DNA from: Deferribacterales bacterium
GTDB lineage: Bacteria; Chrysiogenota; Deferribacteres; Deferribacterales; Geovibrionaceae
Direction: 5' to 3'
NCBI GenBank assembly: GCA_050253335.1
Contig: JBFWJG010000008.1
Span: 1 to 58,351 of the forward strand
DNA length: 58,351 bases
A model generated the notes under the pieces. That model ran no database searches, was not told the origin of the DNA, and saw only the letters and a list, made by a program, of their open reading frames with translations. Below are positions 38,760 through 47,379 of this stretch, in pieces (the stretch's first letter is position 1; the number at the start of each line of letters is the position of its first letter). Made by a program: the position numbers and the translations under genes.

Positions 38760-39942
38760 TGAATATATGGCACTGCACCGTGAGAAGATTCTCACCCCGT
38801 CTTTCTGGGTGCTTCTTGCGTTCACGGTAATCGGCTTTTACTGCATCGGCCTCCGTTATGTAATGGGTATCGGCGCGGTGAGTAACCTTTCGGACGGTTT
38901 CCCCTGGGGTATCTGGATCGCCTATGACGTTGCGACAGGCACGGCTCTCGCCTGCGGCGGATACGCTCTTGCTATCGTGATTTACATCATGAACGGCTGG
39001 AAATACCACCCCCTTATCCGTTCCGCGATTGTTACATCTATGTTCGGTTATGCTCTTGCGGGCTTCTCCGTTATGGTGGATCTCGGAAGGTACTGGAACG
39101 CCTACAGCTTCTTCATACCTTCACGCTGGCAGGTGAACTCGGTTATGTTCGAGGTCGCTGTCTGCGTTATGGCATATAACGTGGTTCTTGCCATCGAGCT
39201 TCTTCCCGCGCTTCTGGAAAGGTTTGTGCACTCAACAAACCCCCGTTTCCCTAAGCTTAAAGAGTTTGCGAGAAAAATTTACCCGAAACTTGATAAAGTG
39301 CTTATCTTCTTCATCGTTCTGGGTATCACACTGCCTACAATGCACCAGTCCTCGCTGGGCTCTATGATGATAATTGCCGGTTCCAAGCTGAACCCCATAT
39401 GGCAGACAGGTTTCCTTCCTGTTCTTTTCCTCATAAACGCCATGTATATAGGCTACTCTGTCATCATTTTCGAATCCACACTGTCTTCAGTGGCGTTCGG
39501 AAGACCCTTTGAGAAGGAAGTAAGGATAATCGCAAAAGTTATCCCCTACCTCACTGCTGCGTGGCTGATAATCCGTTTTGCAGACCTCTACTACAGAGGC
39601 CACCTCTCAACGGCTTTCTCAGGGGACTACTACTCCAAGATGTTCCTCGCTGAAACCCTGCTTATCGCGGGCGGTGCGTACATGCTCACATGGAAGCATT
39701 TCAGAATGTCTCCCAGATGGGTCTTTGTTTCCGCTGTGATGCTCTGCGTAGGCGGTTCATGGTACAGGTTCAGTGTTTATATCATCGGCTTCAACCCCGA
39801 TAAGGGATGGTCATACTTCCCCTCACTGCCTGAGTTTTTCATAACCCTCGGTCTCGTGGCTTTTGAAATTCTCGGCTACATGGTGCTGGTGAAGATGTTC
39901 CCCATCATGCCCAACCTTGAAGGGCACAAGAAGAGCGCATAA
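38743..39942 (+). CDS. hybB: Hydrogenase-2 NrfD-like membrane subunit HybB
   Basis: PWGIWIAYDV, DLGRYWN, LPTMHQSSLGS; start after GAGGA (alternative 38767). Confidence 0.92.
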   Translation: MVPKSNEYMALHREKILTPSFWVLLAFTVIGFYCIGLRYVMGIGAVSNLSDGFPWGIWIAYDVATGTALACGGYALAIVIYIMNGWKYHPLIRSAIVTSMFGYALAGFSVMVDLGRYWNAYSFFIPSRWQVNSVMFEVAVCVMAYNVVLAIELLPALLERFVHSTNPRFPKLKEFARKIYPKLDKVLIFFIVLGITLPTMHQSSLGSMMIIAGSKLNPIWQTGFLPVLFLINAMYIGYSVIIFESTLSSVAFGRPFEKEVRIIAKVIPYLTAAWLIIRFADLYYRGHLSTAFSGDYYSKMFLAETLLIAGGAYMLTWKHFRMSPRWVFVSAVMLCVGGSWYRFSVYIIGFNPDKGWSYFPSLPEFFITLGLVAFEILGYMVLVKMFPIMPNLEGHKKSA

Positions 39943-39961
39943 ATTTTCAGGAGATTAAATA

Positions 39962-41644
39962 ATGGGAAAAAGAATAACTATTGACCCTATTACCCGTATA
40001 GAAGGACACCTCAGGATAGATGTAGAGGTTGACGGCGGGAAGGTTACTAAGGCATGGTCCTCCGCGCAGATGTGGAGAGGCATTGAAAAAATCCTTCTTG
40101 GGCGCGACCCCAGAGATGCGTGGGTTTTCACTCAGAGATTCTGCGGCGTCTGCACCACCGTGCACGCCATAAGCTCAATCCGCTCACTTGAAGCGGCCAT
40201 GAACGTTGACGTTCCCGTTAACGGCCAGCTTATCAGAAACATGATGATAGCTCAGCACTCCGTACAGGATCACATAGTGCATTTCTATCACCTTTCAGCC
40301 CTTGACTGGGTTGACATTGTGTCAGCGCTTTCAGCAGATCCCAAGAAAACCGCAGCCATTGCTCAGAGCCTCTCTGACTGGCCCGGCAACAGCGTAACTG
40401 AATTCGCCGCTGTTAAGGAAAAGCTCAAAAGCTTCGTAGCTACGGGCAAACTCGGTATCTTCGGTTCAGGCTACTGGGGACACCCCGCAATGAAACTCAG
40501 CCCCGAAGTGAACCTTCTGGCTGTTGCTCACTACCTTAAAGCCCTTGACTACCAGAGAAAAGCGGCTCAGGCTGTGGCTATCCTCGGCGGTAAAAACCCC
40601 CACATACAGAACCTCTGCCTCGGCGGTGTCGCAACTGCCGTTAACGTGGACAACATGGCAGCGCTCAACATGGAGAGATTCGCTCAGCTCCGCGCGCTCA
40701 TGACAGAAACAAGAGACTTCGTGAAAAAAGTTCTCTACCCTGATGTTGTGGCCATCGGCTCCATGTACAAAGACTGGTTCAAATACGGCAAAGGCGTGAA
40801 CAACTACCTTGCTGTGCCTGAGTTCCCTGTAGATGAAAAAATGACTCAGTTCGACATGAACGGCGGTATCGTTTACAACAGCGAATTCAGCAAAATGAGA
40901 GTCCTTAAAGATCATAAAGACGCATACCTCATTGACAACGTGACAGAGTCTGTCGCTCACGCGTGGTATGAGAACGGAGCTCCCAAACACCCCTACGAGG
41001 GCGTCACAGAGCCTCACTACACCGATTTTGACGAAAACGGCAAATATTCATGGTCAAAAGCGCCCAGACTTGCCGATAAACCCATTCAGGTCGGTCCCGT
41101 TGCTCAGATCCTCACTTCATACTACAACAAGGACAAAGAGGTTGTTGATCTTGTCAACTCAACGGTTAAGACTCTCGGCATAACAGTAGGCGACCTTGAG
41201 TCAACCATGGGAAGACACGTTACAAGAGCAATCCGCTCAGTTGTAATGGCAGACAAATCGCTCAAATACCTTGATATGCTCATAGACAACCTTGCAAAAG
41301 GCGAAACTGCATATGCCAACCATGTTGAAATGCCCATGGGCGAGTACAGAGGCGTGGGATTCCACGAAGCACCCAGAGGGACACTTTCACACTGGATCGT
41401 CATTAAGGACAAGAAAATCGCCAACTATCAGGCGGTTGTTCCCTCCACATGGAACGCAGGCCCCAGAGACGAGAAAGGACAGGCAGGCCCCTACGAGGCG
41501 AGCCTTGTGGGCAACCCCGTTGCGGACGCTCACCAGCCCCTTGAGGTTATCAGGACAATACACTCCTTCGACCCCTGCATTGCGTGCGCTGTGCACTCAA
41601 TCGACCCCGAAGGAAAAGAACTTACAAGCGTAAAAGTAAGATAA
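39962..41644 (+). CDS. hybC: [NiFe]-hydrogenase large subunit
   Basis: RIEGH, L1 QRFCGVCTTVH, L2 SFDPCIACAVH with C-terminal extension. Confidence 0.96.
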   Translation: MGKRITIDPITRIEGHLRIDVEVDGGKVTKAWSSAQMWRGIEKILLGRDPRDAWVFTQRFCGVCTTVHAISSIRSLEAAMNVDVPVNGQLIRNMMIAQHSVQDHIVHFYHLSALDWVDIVSALSADPKKTAAIAQSLSDWPGNSVTEFAAVKEKLKSFVATGKLGIFGSGYWGHPAMKLSPEVNLLAVAHYLKALDYQRKAAQAVAILGGKNPHIQNLCLGGVATAVNVDNMAALNMERFAQLRALMTETRDFVKKVLYPDVVAIGSMYKDWFKYGKGVNNYLAVPEFPVDEKMTQFDMNGGIVYNSEFSKMRVLKDHKDAYLIDNVTESVAHAWYENGAPKHPYEGVTEPHYTDFDENGKYSWSKAPRLADKPIQVGPVAQILTSYYNKDKEVVDLVNSTVKTLGITVGDLESTMGRHVTRAIRSVVMADKSLKYLDMLIDNLAKGETAYANHVEMPMGEYRGVGFHEAPRGTLSHWIVIKDKKIANYQAVVPSTWNAGPRDEKGQAGPYEASLVGNPVADAHQPLEVIRTIHSFDPCIACAVHSIDPEGKELTSVKVR

Positions 41645-41651
41645 TACAAAC

Positions 41652-41687
41652 AAAGCGGGGCAAGGTGCAGACCTGTCCCGCTTTTTT
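41652..41687 (+). terminator. Rho-independent terminator between hybC and hybD
   Basis: AAAGCGGGGCA...TGTCCCGCTTTTTT. Confidence 0.6.
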
Positions 41688-41727
41688 CTGTTGCGCTTCA
41701 CTGCGCAATGATTTATACGGAGCACTT

Positions 41728-42216
41728 ATGAACGTACTTGTATTCGGTGCAGGAAACATTTTGCTTGGTGACGAAGGCTTCGGCGTGCACATGATCCAGC
41801 ACATGGAGAAAAATTTCGAGGCATCCGAAAACGTGGAACTCTATGATGGGGGAACCATGGGCATTTTCGCCACTCACAAGCTTGAGGAAGCCGAGCATAT
41901 CATCATAATAGACACTCTCGACGCAGACGGCGAACCGGGGGAGATACGTACCTACGGCCTTGACGACATAAGGCTGAACAGGATTCCCGCCAAGATGTCT
42001 CCTCACCAGATAGGTTTGCAGGAAGTACTGCTTATCAGCGAAGTGCGCGGGAAAGTGCCCGAAAGCGTGAAGCTTCTGGGCATAATCCCAAAATCTCTGG
42101 ATGGCAGCTTAGAGCTCAGCCCTGAGCTTCAGGACAAAGTTGCTGTTGTTGAAAAGCTCCTTCTGGATGAATTAGGTTCTCATGGAATCACTCTGAAAAG
42201 GAAGCAGAACGGATAG
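41728..42216 (+). CDS. hybD: Hydrogenase maturation endopeptidase (HyaD/HybD family)
   Basis: GAGNILLGDEGFG, DGGT, SPHQIGL; start ATG 41728 after GGAG. Confidence 0.92.
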   Translation: MNVLVFGAGNILLGDEGFGVHMIQHMEKNFEASENVELYDGGTMGIFATHKLEEAEHIIIIDTLDADGEPGEIRTYGLDDIRLNRIPAKMSPHQIGLQEVLLISEVRGKVPESVKLLGIIPKSLDGSLELSPELQDKVAVVEKLLLDELGSHGITLKRKQNG

Positions 42217-42253
42217 TCCGGAAGCTTCCTTCGGGGAAAATCGAAGAATCATG

Positions 42254-42290
42254 AAACGGGCACTCCTGTGAGGGAAATGCCCGTTTTTTT
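42254..42290. terminator. Terminator between convergent genes
   Basis: AAACGGGCA...TGCCCGTTTTTTT. Confidence 0.6.
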
Positions 42291-42297
42291 GCGGAAT

Positions 42298-43041
42298 TTA
42301 TTGCTGATTTATTATCTGGGTCATGAGGTCTTTCATCTTCACCATTGTGAGCCCTTTCGGAAGCTGAAACTTATCCGCGGCTATGTTCCCTTTTGAAACC
42401 GCCGTAACTTCGGTTACATCCTCTTTGGTTCCGCCGCTGAAATCGGGCATACGGGTTTTTTCATAGAGGCTGAAACCCTTGGATGCATAAGCTGTGATCT
42501 CGTTCTCAACAACCTCTTCCGGACTCATGAAGAACGGGGGCGCGTTGTTGACGATGCTGAGGAAGGAGGCAATATCAACCTCTTTTGCAATCTCGTCAAG
42601 AAGCTGTTTGGAATAGCAGATCTCGGTGGAAATATTCAGGTTCGGGAGCGAAAGGAGAACCTTCTCGCAGGGGTAGCCTGCGTAGGTGCCTTTGCCTTTC
42701 GGCTCTGTTTTCACCTTGAGCTTCCTGATTTCCTCGTGCTGTTTTTTGTAGTAATCGTCCTTTGTGATATCCTGAATCTGCTCAGCGGCGAGCTTCTGCA
42801 TCTCCTTCATATCTTCAAAGGTTCCGAACATAATCATTTCACTTTCGTAGTCCACTGTATAGACAGTTTTTTTCCTGATATCTATCAGCGTGTCCAGTTT
42901 TCCGTCAGAAAAAGAGGCGATGAGGCCGTTCTGGAAGTAGCTCACTGACTGGCCGTCCGTGAGTTTCTCAGAAATGGTTATGCCCGCGTGGATCTGAAGG
43001 GCGGAAAAAAGCAGGAAAACAAGGAGCAGCGTTTTTTTCAT
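42298..43041 (-). CDS. Secreted hypothetical protein (DUF4412-like)
   Basis: Signal peptide; G..AGYPC.K and FQLPKG motifs reminiscent of DUF4412/GLPGLI-like proteins; GGAGG RBS. Confidence 0.65.
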   Translation of the reverse strand: MKKTLLLVFLLFSALQIHAGITISEKLTDGQSVSYFQNGLIASFSDGKLDTLIDIRKKTVYTVDYESEMIMFGTFEDMKEMQKLAAEQIQDITKDDYYKKQHEEIRKLKVKTEPKGKGTYAGYPCEKVLLSLPNLNISTEICYSKQLLDEIAKEVDIASFLSIVNNAPPFFMSPEEVVENEITAYASKGFSLYEKTRMPDFSGGTKEDVTEVTAVSKGNIAADKFQLPKGLTMVKMKDLMTQIINQQ

Positions 43042-43164
43042 TTTTATTCCTCCGCGAAAAAGAGCGCAATATTTCATCATATACTGCCGATTTTTGCTGT
43101 GCAAGAGGATTAATAATAATTTTTTCCGAAAAACTGCGGAAGAGGATGGGGAAATTGCCGTTTT

Positions 43165-44847
43165 TCAGTCCGCTGAGAAGCGGATTTTGTCAAAAGCTAT
43201 TTTTGACCCTGTTTCTCCGCCGAAGGTGAATCCTATTTTTATACTGTTCATTAAGGCGTCCGCTGATTTGACGCAAAGTTCTGCTGAAGGTGCTTTTCCC
43301 TTATAATCGGCAGACATTTCGGAGCAGGCGGTGCAGTCTGCCCATGCTTTTGCGAGTACATATATTCCGTCCGCGGACTTACTGCTGCATGTTTCATCAG
43401 CATATCCTGAGTGCAGTTCAAGGCGCATCGAAATATTTTTTTCATCCTCGAGCCAGTTGCGGGAGTCCGGTTCGGGTTCCGAACAGCTTTCAGAGGGGCA
43501 GGGGGGCATTTTTGCGTGAAGATGGCTTCCCATGCATATTTCGGAAGTTCCCGCGGGGTATATGCAGGGCATAAGCGCCAAATGGTTTGCTGACGGGGAG
43601 TTTTTGTAGTCGAAGTTTATGTTGGGATAAAGATCGGTTTCCAGAACAAAGCCTGCGCCTCCGAAATTCAGCCCGCCGTAGCCCAGACCGAAAGAGCCTG
43701 ATACGCCGCATTTAAGATCCCCTGAGTCGTAGCCGGAGGGGAAGACCGCTAGCCCGTATCCTCCGAAAGGGGAGCCTGTGCTGAGCGGGTCATTGTCGGT
43801 GTAGAGAGTTCTGACTTCATAATACATACGGAAAACGCCGCTGTATGTGAAAACTTTGTCAGACCAAAGGCATACGGATTCGGAGGAGTCTGTTTCATTG
43901 AGGACAAAGCCTTTCAGGCTGCCGTTTTCGTCCGTTTCTGTTTTAACAGCGTCTGTCTCACTGCCGTCAGCGTTCAGGACGGTGAGGTTGTCCCCGTCCA
44001 GATAAATATCACGGGCTGTGCTCTCTGCCGATGCATCAGGCAGGAAGGGGAGGGCGAATGATGCTGTTGTCTTTGTAGTGCCCTTTACCGCGTGCACTCT
44101 TACCTCCCTGACCGAGGAGGAGCTGAAAGAAGGAGCATAAGCGGTAATCTGCATTGACGGGCCGTTTCTGAAGTCTGAACTGTCAGCACATTCAGAACTG
44201 ATGCCGAGAAGGGCGGCAGTTTCCCCGTCCGCCTCAGCGCACCATTTATCGGCAGGCGGAACAGACTCTATCCCTGCGGTGTAGAGACTTCCGGAGTATA
44301 GGGCGGGCAGTCCGCGCGTAACGATTTTAAGGGGGGTTCCGCATCCGGCGTTCTGCATGGCTTCGTTGAATCCCGTCCAAACGGCTGAATCATCATTTGA
44401 AGCGGATGGGTGGAGGATAGTTACTGACTGATTGTCTGCCGTGGTATCAAACAGGCCGTTCTCCCCCGCGCTCAGCGCGACAACCGCCGCGCTTTTTCCG
44501 GAGTGCTTTTCGGAGCAGTCTGCATTCAGACATGTGATGATGCTTATTCCCCCTGAGCCGGAACACAAATCAGCGGAATCGGCGGTGATTATCCTTATGT
44601 TCCGCCCAAAGCCGTCCTTTATTTCACCGAAAAAAGAAACATCGGGAACCGCACCGGACGATGCTGTTTCGGCCGCCGCTTTCAGAAGGATTCCGCTGAG
44701 TGCTGATTCCGTGGCCTTCGAGCGGGAATAGCTCATGGCATTTTTAACCGCTCCGTAGCCGAGCGCGGCCAGAAAACCTGCTATAAACAGAACAAATGCC
44801 AGCTCTATCAGTGAAAAGCCCTTTTCAGAACGGACGGCGGGTTTCAT
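43165..44847 (-). CDS. Large type IV pilin-like (prepilin N-methylation motif) protein with Ig-like and lectin-like C-terminal region
   Basis: KGFSLIELAFVLFIAG N-terminus; Cys-rich; C-terminal LETDLYPN...NHLAL and IGFT lectin-like motifs. Confidence 0.75.
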   Translation of the reverse strand: MKPAVRSEKGFSLIELAFVLFIAGFLAALGYGAVKNAMSYSRSKATESALSGILLKAAAETASSGAVPDVSFFGEIKDGFGRNIRIITADSADLCSGSGGISIITCLNADCSEKHSGKSAAVVALSAGENGLFDTTADNQSVTILHPSASNDDSAVWTGFNEAMQNAGCGTPLKIVTRGLPALYSGSLYTAGIESVPPADKWCAEADGETAALLGISSECADSSDFRNGPSMQITAYAPSFSSSSVREVRVHAVKGTTKTTASFALPFLPDASAESTARDIYLDGDNLTVLNADGSETDAVKTETDENGSLKGFVLNETDSSESVCLWSDKVFTYSGVFRMYYEVRTLYTDNDPLSTGSPFGGYGLAVFPSGYDSGDLKCGVSGSFGLGYGGLNFGGAGFVLETDLYPNINFDYKNSPSANHLALMPCIYPAGTSEICMGSHLHAKMPPCPSESCSEPEPDSRNWLEDEKNISMRLELHSGYADETCSSKSADGIYVLAKAWADCTACSEMSADYKGKAPSAELCVKSADALMNSIKIGFTFGGETGSKIAFDKIRFSAD

Positions 44848-44935
44848 AAAAGCCTCATACAGGGTGACAGGGAATAAGAATTATTATAAAATTAAACATT
44901 ATCAGTCAATTAACGTTGCGGGAGCTTGGTTTTCA

Positions 44936-45886
44936 ATGTGTTCAGAAAAGAGAGGCTTTACACTTATTGAACTTGCTATAGTGCTTGTTATAATAGGCTT
45001 TGCTCTTGCTTCGGGGAGCAGTCTCCTTGCTCTGGCAGTGAAGAAGAAAACCGCCGAAACCGATTCCGCACGCCTTGTTTCTGCTAAAAACTCACTCTTT
45101 TCCTATACCGGAATAAACGGCGCCCTGCCCGCAGGCGATGGGTTTGCCCCTGCCGTGCCTTACTCCTCAGACTTCGGCGGCAGGTCTGTTGCGTATATAT
45201 ATGATGAATCACTGACATCGGGTGATGCGGTCTGCCGGAAGAGAACAGCATCCATTGAAATCAGGCAGTGCCGGAATATGGGGTGCACGGACTACTCGGC
45301 TGTGAGAAATATTGCCTTTGTCACCGTGAGCGGCGGCGCGAACGCCAATATACAGACCGGAAAAGACGGTGCTGGCATAGTGCGCATATATTCCCAGGGG
45401 GATAATGCAGATGACTGGCCCGCTGACGGAACAAGGACAGAAGGATATGACGACATTGCGGAGTGGGTCACCCTCGGCGAGCTTCAGGCGCGCAGCGGGT
45501 GCAGCGGGAACAGTCTTAAAATTCTGAATAATGAACTCCCGCAGGGATACGCCGGCAGGGCATACGGTGCGAAGCTTTTTGCGGACGGAGGCATTCCGCT
45601 GGAAAGCGGAGGGCGGTACAGGTGGTGTCTGGATGCTCTTCCGCTCAAAACATCCGGAGGGCTTGAGTTTTCCTCCGGCGGGGTAGGCGTGAGCACATCG
45701 GCGGATTGCCTTTCAGAAAGCGAATCATCATGGACAAAAGGTGATAATGTGAGCATCACGGGAACACCGCCGTCCGGAAGCGGCGGTTCATATTACGTCA
45801 GCGTCTGGGTGCGTGACGGCAACGATCCGGACGGGAGTGAAGACAGCATAGCGAACAAAAAGCTTGTGCTCACCATATCCGAGTGA
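44936..45886 (+). CDS. Type IV pilin-like protein with C-terminal Ig-like domain
   Basis: RGFTLIELAIVLVIIG; ELPQGYAGRAY and ITGTP...GSYYVSV.V.D Ig-like signature. Confidence 0.8.
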   Translation: MCSEKRGFTLIELAIVLVIIGFALASGSSLLALAVKKKTAETDSARLVSAKNSLFSYTGINGALPAGDGFAPAVPYSSDFGGRSVAYIYDESLTSGDAVCRKRTASIEIRQCRNMGCTDYSAVRNIAFVTVSGGANANIQTGKDGAGIVRIYSQGDNADDWPADGTRTEGYDDIAEWVTLGELQARSGCSGNSLKILNNELPQGYAGRAYGAKLFADGGIPLESGGRYRWCLDALPLKTSGGLEFSSGGVGVSTSADCLSESESSWTKGDNVSITGTPPSGSGGSYYVSVWVRDGNDPDGSEDSIANKKLVLTISE

Positions 45887-45979
45887 ATCCTGCCCTGCGC
45901 CTGAAGATTTCTGTTTATAAAATTTCCCTGCCATGATAAAAATCAAACAATAATTTAAATAAATGCCGGAGGAGCCAGT

Positions 45980-46972
45980 ATGAAAGCCGTACTTATGAAC
46001 GGATTCGGAGGAATTGATGTTCTCAGTGTCGGTGAGGCCGAGAAGCCTTCACCGAAAGAGAACGAAGTGTTGATAAAAGTCGCAGCCACATCCATAAACA
46101 GACCCGACCTTGTGCAGAGAGAGGGCAAATATCCCCCGCCTCCCGGAGATTCTGAAATCCTCGGGCTTGAAGTTGCGGGCGTAATCGAAGAGCTGGGCTC
46201 AAAGGTTACGGGCTGGAAGAAGGGCGACAGGGTTATGACTCTTGTGGGCGGCGGCGGTTACGCTGAATATGCCGTTGCATATGCTGAGCACCTTATGCCT
46301 ATTCCTGCGAACATGAGCTTTGAGCAGGCCGCATGTGTGTGCGAATCATATATTACCGCATTTCTGAATGTATTCATGATCGGCGGGTTTCAGGACGGCG
46401 AAACAGCTATCTTCCACGGCGGCGGCGGCGGAGTGAACACAGCGGCAATTCAGCTTTCAAACGCTCTTACTCCTAATTCAAAATATATAGTGACAGTCGC
46501 ACCTGATAAGGAAGCGAAGGTTAAGGAACTCGGCGCATCGCTCACGGTGAACTTCCGTGAGGTTTCAGATTTTTCCGAGATGGTGAAGGAATTTACCAAC
46601 AAGAAGGGGGTCAATCTCATTCTTGACCACGTCGGCGCGAAATATCTTTCTCCCAACATGAATTCGCTCGCCTACGCTGGCAGGCTGGTGATAATCGGCG
46701 TCACAAGCGGAATCAAGGCGGAGCTTAATCTTGCCCTGATGATGGTTAAACGCCAGCAGATAATAGGCTCTGTGCTCCGTTCCAGACCCGTCTCGGAAAA
46801 AGGGGAGATTGTTAAGGAATTCACAAGGAGAGCCCTTCCCAAATTCGCGGACGGAAGCATTGTGCCCATAATCTACAAAGTCTTCCCCATAGACGAAGCC
46901 GCGGAAGCCCACAAAACCATGGAAGAAGACAAGCATTTCGGGAAAATCGTTCTCAAAATAGCGGATCTGTAA
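45980..46972 (+). CDS. NAD(P)H-quinone oxidoreductase, PIG3/MDR family
   Basis: INRPDLVQREGKYPPPPG, LGLEVAG, GGGYAEY, HFGKIVL. Confidence 0.93.
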   Translation: MKAVLMNGFGGIDVLSVGEAEKPSPKENEVLIKVAATSINRPDLVQREGKYPPPPGDSEILGLEVAGVIEELGSKVTGWKKGDRVMTLVGGGGYAEYAVAYAEHLMPIPANMSFEQAACVCESYITAFLNVFMIGGFQDGETAIFHGGGGGVNTAAIQLSNALTPNSKYIVTVAPDKEAKVKELGASLTVNFREVSDFSEMVKEFTNKKGVNLILDHVGAKYLSPNMNSLAYAGRLVIIGVTSGIKAELNLALMMVKRQQIIGSVLRSRPVSEKGEIVKEFTRRALPKFADGSIVPIIYKVFPIDEAAEAHKTMEEDKHFGKIVLKIADL

Positions 46973-47190
46973 TTTCCGATACCGTGATATTCAGGCACAC
47001 GGATGTGCCCGCGGAGGGCGTACCGGAGCATATGCGAGGAACGCAAGCGAAGCCAGAGCAGCAAGAAGCTCTGCTTCGCAGGCTGCGAGTTCTTAAAAAC
47101 TGCATGGACGCAGGTTTTTACGAACTATAATAAGGACAGACAAGCATTTCGGGAAAATCGTTCTCAAAATAGCGGATCTGTAATTTCCGA
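46927..47190 (+). repeat. 158-bp structured insert flanked by perfect 53-bp direct repeats of the oxidoreductase 3' end
   Basis: AGACAAGCATTTCGGGAAAATCGTTCTCAAAATAGCGGATCTGTAATTTCCGA at 46927-46979 and 47138-47190; insert segment 47039-47125 is 74/87 identical to 58127-58213. Confidence 0.9.
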
Positions 47191-47202
47191 AATTTAATAA
47201 AC

Positions 47203-47223
47203 AGCCCCGTCACTCGGGGCTTT
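47203..47223 (+). terminator. Rho-independent terminator
   Basis: AGCCCCG-TCACT-CGGGGCTTT. Confidence 0.6.
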
Positions 47224-47241
47224 ATCTGTATAAGTTCACCC

Positions 47242-47320
47242 ATGCCCTTCTTTTAAAGGAGGGCATTTTCTTTTATGTTAAACAGCTTCCCCCTTTATAA
47301 AGGGGGACTGAGGGGGATTT
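47242..47320. repeat. REP-like palindromic repeats
   Basis: ATGCCCTTCTTTTAAAGGAGGGCAT (inverted copy at about 55745-55788) and CCCCCTTTATAAAGGGGGACTGAGGGGGATTT. Confidence 0.55.
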
Positions 47321-47379
47321 TACAGATATGAAAGCCTGTTGCCATGTTTCTCATCAGTCCGGCAGTCCCGGCACTGTTT

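Noticed and set aside
47003..47197. Small ORFs over the structured repeats (also 57923-58180, 58002-58193, 58102-58329)
   Set aside because: No RBS or protein motifs, the copies are read in different frames, and substitutions preserve base pairing rather than codons
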